A DNA stretch of 64,000 nucleotides, from contig JBHGNT010000004.1 of NCBI GenBank assembly GCA_043228905.1, positions 19,654,001-19,718,000 on the forward strand. The letters run 5' to 3'. The notes beneath the pieces were generated by a model. It was not told where the DNA came from. It did no database searches and was given only the letters and a program-made list of their open reading frames with translations. Source of the DNA: Azolla caroliniana. Taxonomy: Eukaryota; Plantae; Polypodiophyta. Shown here piece after piece: positions 59,839 through 64,000 of the stretch. Made by a program: the position numbers and the translations under genes. The stretch's first letter is position 1; every line of letters starts with the position of its first letter.

Positions 59839-60599
59839 TCACATTAGTTGGCAGGACCATGTGCTCTTGTAGCTTGCCATATATTTTACAAATTGAAGGG
59901 TTGTCATGGTAGATTCCTTAATTTGATGAGTCTGTGGCAACCTATTTTGGTTATAATATTGTTGATTATGAATAAAGTTTTCAAAGCAGAATGTCAAGAA
60001 GGATATCAAAAGAAATACATAGAACATCTAGATTTCCTTATGTGAGTATAATTGAATGGCCTTGAAATTCATGATACTCGATGGGATTATGTGTTTGAAT
60101 TTAGAAAGATGAAAATTTTCGAAAGGCTAATTAGATATTAACGAGGATGGAGAAATTTTATTTTTTGCCATTTCATTGATAGTAAGAATAATTTTGAAAA
60201 AGTTATTACTCATTGGGTTTACAAAATAAAACATGATGTAGAATGGTTTTTCTAGTAAGTATAAATCTTGATTAGTTGTAAAAGTTTCACACAAATCTAT
60301 GGCCTTGGTTTTGATGATACTTTTATACAATTGCAAACATACCTAGTATTAGAATAGTTGGTGTGAGAGTAAGGTTAATTGATGTCAATTTTGCTTTTCC
60401 AAATGGTGATGTCACACACTACGTATTATGATGAGTGGATATCTACAAGGGGTATGCAGGCCTACAAGTAACAATATGCACAAGTTGAGAGTAACTCTCA
60501 TAGTGGCATCATGCATGTGCAATTGATAGAATTGCACTTACTGAAGACTACCATTCATATCAAGAGGATATTAGTATAATTAATGCATGATCTTTAGGA

Positions 60600-62400
60600 T
60601 AATGTACTATCCCGTTGTCGGAATTTGTGCAACCCCCTCATACATCAAGACTTAAATTCAAACAAAAGCATTTTACTTAACCTTTGTTTCCCCAACATTA
60701 TTAGTATACAACTTTCATTTGATGAGAGACAAATGTGACATTATCTTTTATGTATCTCTAACTCTAGCTACTAAGGGTTCACATCACATCAATGAACAAC
60801 TAGCACACAACCCACATACACTCATATAGGACAAATGTGGGTAGGTCTAACACCCCAACAATGCTCAGAGTTATTGATCAACACTAAAAATACCAATGAA
60901 CATCAACAACTCTTCATAACCATGGAACAACAAAAGATCATGCAACTACCACCCTCTCAGCAAGCAACCAATGGATATATTCATAAATCTTCTAGTATGC
61001 CGTATTTGAACCCAAGTTGTCCAAAGATAATGATATTCAATACACTAGCCACTATAACTCTATGCATAAGCTCAACATTTACTCAAACATAGAAAGTGGT
61101 AAGCTAGTACGTAATTGCATGTGTGTTCTCAAAAGGTTATATACAATTGATGCATCAAGAAAACTAGATATACAACATGCATGTTCATAGTGGTTGCACA
61201 TAAATTGTATAGGAAAAGTAGTAAATTTTATCATTCATGCAAAATATACATGTGCAGGGGATGGGTAGGGCCGAACAACTCTTCAAAGTATGTTATCTGA
61301 GGGTTTACAAGTAGTGCCACTAGGATGTCACAAATAATACGATACGAATAGACTAACAGAGGCCTTAAAATAATGAAAGTTGACATTGTGCCCATTAAAA
61401 CACATCATCAACATTATTCTTGATACATTTAAATATACTCCTATAAACCATCACACTAAGTAATTATCCTTGTTGGGGCAAATATTCATTTATCGAAAAA
61501 GTGATACTTCAATGTTCTTTAATTGGCTCCAACGATGACAAAAATACAATGCATATTCTCCCTCTAGAAGATCGTATGGTTTGGGACCTGGGTAACATGT
61601 TTTCGCACTTTAGTGCATGTTCTACGCTACATGACTATGTGGTTGCTTCATGTTTTTATATCAATGCTTTATGGCGAACATTAGACTTGAAAGTAATTTT
61701 TACTTGAATCCCCCGTTTACCTTACGCCTCCTCCTCTTGTTCTATGGGTTTTTCCAACACATGCGCTCTCACATATTTCACCCACCAACTCTTGCAAATA
61801 ATAACCATTCACTTTATGCTTCTCATGTCCATGTCATCATGTGGAGAAACAATCTCCCTGCTTTATTATTTTAGTGCAGGGTTATTTACTAGATTAGTTA
61901 CACATCATCTCGAGTTTTCGTATTTTGTTCTTTGAATTGAGTACGCATAAGTATACCAAACACAAGTCCATGTGCAACGATTTATAAGACCCATATATCT
62001 TGGCTATAGTTCCGAGAGAGATCCTAAGGCACATGCATCCTCCACATGCAAAATACATATCATCTTCAAAATATGAGCGTAATGATATATTTAAGTCTAG
62101 CATCATGGCTATAACCACCCCAACCTTGCACCACATGGTGTCTAGTAATTATGTTATAATCCAAGTCAATGAATGAAATGCACAAAAAGGGCTTGGTATG
62201 CATCTCAATGTTTTAGTACACTTCAAAGCACGTGTGTTGGTATAAATTGGATCAAAATAATGTTGTAGGGATCTTCTAATTGGCTCCTTTAATGACATTG
62301 TAGTCTTATAGGTTCAAAATTCAATGTGTTGCGCATTCTTTCTCTCCTTTCCTAGGTGAGTAGTCTAGGATTAGATTTGGTAATGAATATTCTTTTAGAG
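60600..62400 (-). pseudogene. Possible very old copia remnants
   Basis: Weak integrase-like GCMCL..SLHMDLC (61894-62136) and a reverse-strand purine tract near 60635. Confidence 0.3.
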
Positions 62401-64000
62401 TACAAATTGGTAGTCATAAAAAATTAGATTGATTACTTCAAATTGGTAATTGAGAAAACATAGATTGAATACTTTATTGCACCACCAACTCTCATGTAGC
62501 TCTATTAGATTTATGTTGATTGCCAATCATTTGATGCATAAACTAGTAATCCTTCATTAATAATTGGATATATGGTTAGACATTAAGTTGTCTCGTGTAA
62601 CTCACAACTATAACATGATTAGTAAAAACTCGGGGTCTTTGGATATATTCATGTGGTTACTTTACAATTTCTTTATAAAAGGCAATGTTTTCATCTATTG
62701 GCTTGTGGAAAGCAATTTATAAAAGTAATTATCAAGAGAAGAGTATAAGGTCATTGTTATCGTAATGAAGTGAACTTGTTGATCCTTTTTTTTTAAGGCA
62801 CCGTTCATTTTCAACTCTTGATGATTGCAATTGACCTTGTTAAAGCCATTTTCTTAACAAAAGTTGCATTAGCTAATGTTAGTTTAATGTTCTTAACGTA
62901 AACATACAAATCTCTTTTACAATGAACTACCTAATGATTAAAATATATGAATTCATATTTTTACGGTGGACGATTTCAATGTGAGAATATAAATGTTTTC
63001 TTAGAACAGATGATTTCAAAATGTAAATATAGATGCTTTTTATAGCAATCGTAACGTTAGGCCAAATTCTGAAAAAAATGAGGGAATGCTTTTTACATCA
63101 AACGTAACATTAGACTCATGACCTTAAGGTTATAAAGTGTAAGGCTCAGTACTATGTTTATGATATATATCAAGCATACGAAGATAAGTTTTCACATTGT
63201 CCTTGAGGAGGTAATGTCTTTATTTATCAATGTGTTCAAAGATATACCGTATACAATGCACATTAATATCAAAATGTTTATCCATTCACTAATTAATAAT
63301 GGAGATACGCGAGGCTAATCACTTCACCTATCTATCATGTACCCATTTTGTCATACTTAGAGGTGGAAAATAAATATACATTTCCAATGGTAGAAATATA
63401 CACATGTAAAGAATGTAATAAACCAATCCATTAATTTCTCTACATGGCACATACATGCACAAGAATGTTGGAAGTTGTCTTATTAATGACACGGCCAAAT
63501 CTGTTGTGGTAGCTAACCTTGGGTTGAATTCAAGTAGCATATGGGCAACATATGAAATGGTGATTGTATAATCCCCAAAAATATAAATATGATAAAAGAC
63601 CATAGTTCTAGAGAAACAATTGGGGCAGTGTAGGTTGTAGCCACTATAATTTGACCATAAAGGAGTAGAAACTCAATAGCATAGCCACATAAACAAGAAC
63701 TAGTGTCAATGGTTAGGTTAGTTTACAAACAATTTCCCCTTGATGCTATATTTCCTTTTGAAGATTAACTCTGTTGTGTTAAGAGTTTATATGAATGATA
63801 TGACTTCCTTAATATTTTATCGATAAAGCTTTGCATGAATGATCTTTCATGGGCAAAATATTTAACTTCCTACATTGCTCAACTTCTAGATGAGGAGACT
63901 TATTTTGTAATGAAAGTTAACATGAAGGAGTTTGTCAACTATGCATTTCGGTTATGAAGACACGACTTGAGCTCCCAACGTACAACTTACAATGTGCAAT

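Noticed and set aside
62400-64000. AT-rich tail with a 91-aa ORF
   Set aside because: No recognisable motif, repeat or terminus.

Overview
Eukaryotic land-plant DNA, most likely a fern (inferred from the long-L PPR motifs), and mostly nested, decayed transposons. Three intact-looking genes: two intronless PLS-class PPR genes with no DYW domain (11234-13762 +, 33890-36880 -) and a three-exon CYP703-family P450 (27852-31573 +). TE content: several Ty1/copia copies from at least two families, a full-length chromodomain Ty3/gypsy element with TSD (46260-53278), solo LTRs, an L1 LINE fragment, a hAT-type MITE, and an unclassified 3.6 kb TIR element with a 4-bp TSD and a foldback/palindrome core. 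The most unusual structure is a tandem array of ~230-bp units, each a tRNA-Arg(UCU)-like 73-mer plus a conserved spacer. It occurs at 8881-10710 and 39670-40219, with a spacer scrap near 15950. It shows higher-order repeat structure, mostly lacks Pol III terminators, and every occurrence abuts an LTR terminus. All calls were made by eye from the sequence and the ORF track, with no database searches; boundaries of decayed elements are approximate.
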